Translations under genes and position numbers: made by a program
Source: Wolbachia endosymbiont of Dirofilaria (Dirofilaria) immitis
GTDB lineage: Bacteria; Pseudomonadota; Alphaproteobacteria; Rickettsiales; Anaplasmataceae
NCBI RefSeq assembly: GCF_013365455.1
Contig: NZ_CP046578.1
Coordinates: 870,001 to 902,000 of the forward strand
Direction: 5' to 3'
DNA: 32,000 nt
Notes under the pieces: generated by a model
What the model saw: only the letters and a program-made list of their open reading frames with translations
The model's database searches: none
Told to the model about the DNA's origin: nothing
In this document: positions 29,252-32,000 of the stretch, in pieces
Layout of the letters: each line of letters opens with the position of its first letter
How positions within the stretch are numbered: position 1 is the first letter of the stretch

Positions 29252-30772
29252 TCACTCAATCAATGAATTACCTGTCATTTTATCTGTTTTTTTAATTCCA
29301 AGTAGCTGTAAAATAGTAGGAGCAACATCAGACAATCGTCCATCTCTCAGCTTTAGATTGCTACAAAAATCAGAGCATACAATAAATGGAACTCTATTTA
29401 AGGTGTGCGCAGTGTGAGGCGTATTATTTTCCTCATCAAATACACACTCAATATTACCGTGATCTGACGTAATAATAAGTACAGTATTACCACCTACTTT
29501 CTTAATAGCATTAAGCACTCTTGCAAGGCAATTATCTACAGCCAGCACAGCCTTCTCTGCTGCTTTCATGTTACCTGTATGCCCTATCATATCAGGGTTA
29601 GCATAATTTACAACTATTAGTGCAAATTCTTGGGAATGAATTTTCTCTACAAGTTTTTCTGTAAGCTCAAAAGCTGCCATTTCTGGTTGCAAATCATAAG
29701 TTTTAACTTTTGGTGAAGGAATCAAAATTCTTTCTTCACCAAAAAAAGGCTTTTCTTTCCTACAATTAAAGAAGAAAGTTACATGGGCGTATTTCTCAGT
29801 TTCAGCAATACGTAATTGCCGTAACTTATTGTCTTCTATCACTTGTCCTAAAGTGTCAGCAAAAGATGTAGCAGGAAAAAGACAAGGAATCTGAAGACTT
29901 TCTTTATATTTCATCATACTTAAAATAGAAGAAAACTTTACTACTTTATTATAGTCCGTCTTACCAAGTAAAATACTTGCCAACTGTATCATACGATCAG
30001 CACGAAAGTTAGCCAGTAACACCCCATCTTCTGGCTTTATGCCTTGATACTCACCTATTACTGCAGGTCTAACAAATTCATCAGCTATGCTGCTTTGATA
30101 GCTATTATCAATCAAAGACATTACATTATTATGACGCGGTGCTTTTGTAAATGCAATAGCCTCATAAGCTTCAACTGTTCTCTCCCACCTATTATCACGG
30201 TCCATAGCATAATAACGCCCAGAGACAGTAGCAATTTCTATGTCACCGCCCCTTACACTTTCTTTAAACTCTTGAATGCATTTTTTTCCTGAATTTGGCA
30301 ACGTATCCCTACCATCCAGAAATGCATGTACCACCACTTTGATTCCATGTTGCGATATTTTATTTGCTAAAATTGTAATGTGTTTTTGATGTGAATGGAC
30401 ACCTCCATCTGACACCAGTCCCATTATATGACACACGCCGTTCTTATCTTTTAAGCTATTAATAAAATTTTGTAGATTCACATTGCTTTCTATTGTTCCA
30501 ATTCCTTGATTAATACGCTGCAGGCTTTGTACTTCCACTCTGCCACCACCAATATTCATATGACCAACTTCTGAGTTACCCATTTGACCACTTGGTAACC
30601 CAACGTCAACTCCACAGGCAGATAAACTGCATTTTGGATAATTGGAGCTAATATATTGCCAACAGAGTGGATTAGCATTGCTAATAGCATTGTGCTTACT
30701 ATTTTCTATTCCATTCCCCCAGCCATCTAATATACATAAAACAACTGATTTAAAGTTCGTCAAAATCACCAT
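29252..30772 (-). CDS. gpmI: 2,3-bisphosphoglycerate-independent phosphoglycerate mutase
   Basis: 506 aa; [92 protein letters not shown]. Confidence 0.97.
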   Translation of the reverse strand: MVILTNFKSVVLCILDGWGNGIENSKHNAISNANPLCWQYISSNYPKCSLSACGVDVGLPSGQMGNSEVGHMNIGGGRVEVQSLQRINQGIGTIESNVNLQNFINSLKDKNGVCHIMGLVSDGGVHSHQKHITILANKISQHGIKVVVHAFLDGRDTLPNSGKKCIQEFKESVRGGDIEIATVSGRYYAMDRDNRWERTVEAYEAIAFTKAPRHNNVMSLIDNSYQSSIADEFVRPAVIGEYQGIKPEDGVLLANFRADRMIQLASILLGKTDYNKVVKFSSILSMMKYKESLQIPCLFPATSFADTLGQVIEDNKLRQLRIAETEKYAHVTFFFNCRKEKPFFGEERILIPSPKVKTYDLQPEMAAFELTEKLVEKIHSQEFALIVVNYANPDMIGHTGNMKAAEKAVLAVDNCLARVLNAIKKVGGNTVLIITSDHGNIECVFDEENNTPHTAHTLNRVPFIVCSDFCSNLKLRDGRLSDVAPTILQLLGIKKTDKMTGNSLIE

Positions 30773-30945
30773 ATTATAATAGAATCACACAATATAATGT
30801 TTTCTAAAAATACCAAAAATACCCCCCCATAACAATCTCTGCATTTATGACACTACACCCCTTATATACCATATATAACAAACCTTTAGCAAGTACATCT
30901 AGCACACGCAAACTTTCAGAAAGGAAAAACCACTTGATAAACTTT

Positions 30946-30993
30946 TGCTACTCTTATCATTTAATCTATGTAGATTAAATGATAAGAGTAGCA
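30946..30993. repeat. near-perfect 48-bp palindrome, 23-bp arms, 2-nt centre
   Basis: TGCTACTCTTATCATTTAATCTA-TG-TAGATTAAATGATAAGAGTAGCA, read directly from sequence. Confidence 0.96.
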
Positions 30994-31597
30994 CGCAATT
31001 CGCTTCTTACATTTAATTTTTCATCACATGTGCCTTATCCTTTACAACATTTTTAGGTTATTTTTACTCATATAAGCTAGAAAGTATACCTACAGAGGAC
31101 CCAAAACAGTAAGAGCAACACTAATTTATAGAATTAGGTAGTTGCATAGCTAGGCTATTATGAAGCTTCTTCACGCTCTTTCTTCTATCTAGCAAATCTT
31201 TTAAGTACTTATACTAAAAGTTAGTTTTACCTCCCCTAATTTAAGATACTGGCAATCAACGTTCATAGAAAAGCATATTAGGTCTCTTATCCCATAAACT
31301 TGATGAGTGTATACATATGAATAGTACAACGCCACAGAATATCCAGCAGCCATATTCCTCGATAAACAAAATCCACTGTATCATACCTTCATTGAAAATA
31401 ATTCATACATAAATGCATTAACAGGACCAAATTACTTAGCTATCAGAACTACAAAGAAAATATGAACTGCTATGGTTAGCAAATTAGTATGCTCTTAATA
31501 TCAAAAAACAGATAACTCACCACATTATAAAAACATAAACAGAAATTTCATAACTTTTCTCTTCCTATCTTACCAAAAAATATTGTAAATAATATAG

Positions 31598-31810
31598 TCA
31601 ATTTTCGGCATAATTTTGATATAGTATTTCTACTATGCGACTAAAAAAGCACACGATCATACTAAATAAAGTATTATAAGCTAAACTTGAAAGGATGATC
31701 CTTAACAAGGTCTTACTAAATCTTAGTATTTCCACATCATTGACTATATCAAGTGTTTCTATATTATATACTTCACCATGTTTAACTGAAAAAGATATTT
31801 TTCTATACAA
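31598..31810 (-). CDS. hypothetical protein, doubtful small ORF
   Basis: 70 aa open frame with one possible TM segment, upstream of and divergent from rsmH; no family recognised. Confidence 0.25.
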   Translation of the reverse strand: MYRKISFSVKHGEVYNIETLDIVNDVEILRFSKTLLRIILSSLAYNTLFSMIVCFFSRIVEILYQNYAEN

Positions 31811-31829
31811 GATCTTTCAATAAAGTGTC

Positions 31830-32000
31830 ATGACACATATTCCAGTTTTACTAAAAGAAATGCTATTGCACCTTTCACCACAAAATGGTGGTGTATATGT
31901 AGATGCTACATTTGGAGCTGGAGGATATAGCAAAGCAATATTGGAGTCAGCTGATTGCAAAGTATACGCAATTGATAGAGATGAAACGGTTATTAAATTC
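31830..32000 (+). CDS. rsmH: 16S rRNA (cytosine(1402)-N(4))-methyltransferase RsmH, 5' part, truncated by the window edge
   Basis: [57 protein letters not shown]: [17 protein letters not shown] and AIDRD motifs. Confidence 0.93.
   Translation, partial: MTHIPVLLKEMLLHLSPQNGGVYVDATFGAGGYSKAILESADCKVYAIDRDETVIKF

Noticed and set aside
1-32000. CRISPR array, toxin-antitoxin pair, integrase/transposase or defence-system genes
   Set aside because: No regularly spaced repeats and no recognisable Cas, transposase, integrase or nuclease-defence motifs in any frame I read. The intact genes are ordinary housekeeping genes.

Overview
AT-rich window from a reduced alphaproteobacterial genome. The gene content (surface-antigen/P44-Msp2-like OMP, stand-alone VirB8-like protein, FbpA-type iron-binding protein, mraY plus rsmH) fits Anaplasmataceae and most likely a Wolbachia-like endosymbiont; this is an inference from protein sequence, since no search was run. 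I support about 24 intact CDSs, one partial CDS at the right edge (rsmH) and one tRNA-Val(GAC). The genes are housekeeping: truA, dnaN, yggT, ftsK, mraY, rnhB, virB8-like, holB, tsaC, yajC, glmS, era, a 3'-5' exonuclease, prs, gatC, mtaB, surface antigen, CDF transporter, pyrB, fbpA-like, nadK, rpmE, fabD, gpmI. They cover only about 68% of the window, and much of the remainder looks like decayed genes. The clearest example is a frameshifted, truncated recA remnant on the minus strand at about 444-927, which the ORF track misses. Other probable remnants lie at about 14.9-15.2, 20.5-22.65, 23.9-24.4, 25.95-26.46 and 26.58-26.95 kb. Two long, essentially perfect inverted repeats stand out: 30946-30993 (23-bp arms, 2-nt centre) and 25744-25783 (17-bp arms, 6-nt loop). 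I found no CRISPR array, intact mobile element or convincing novel multi-gene system.
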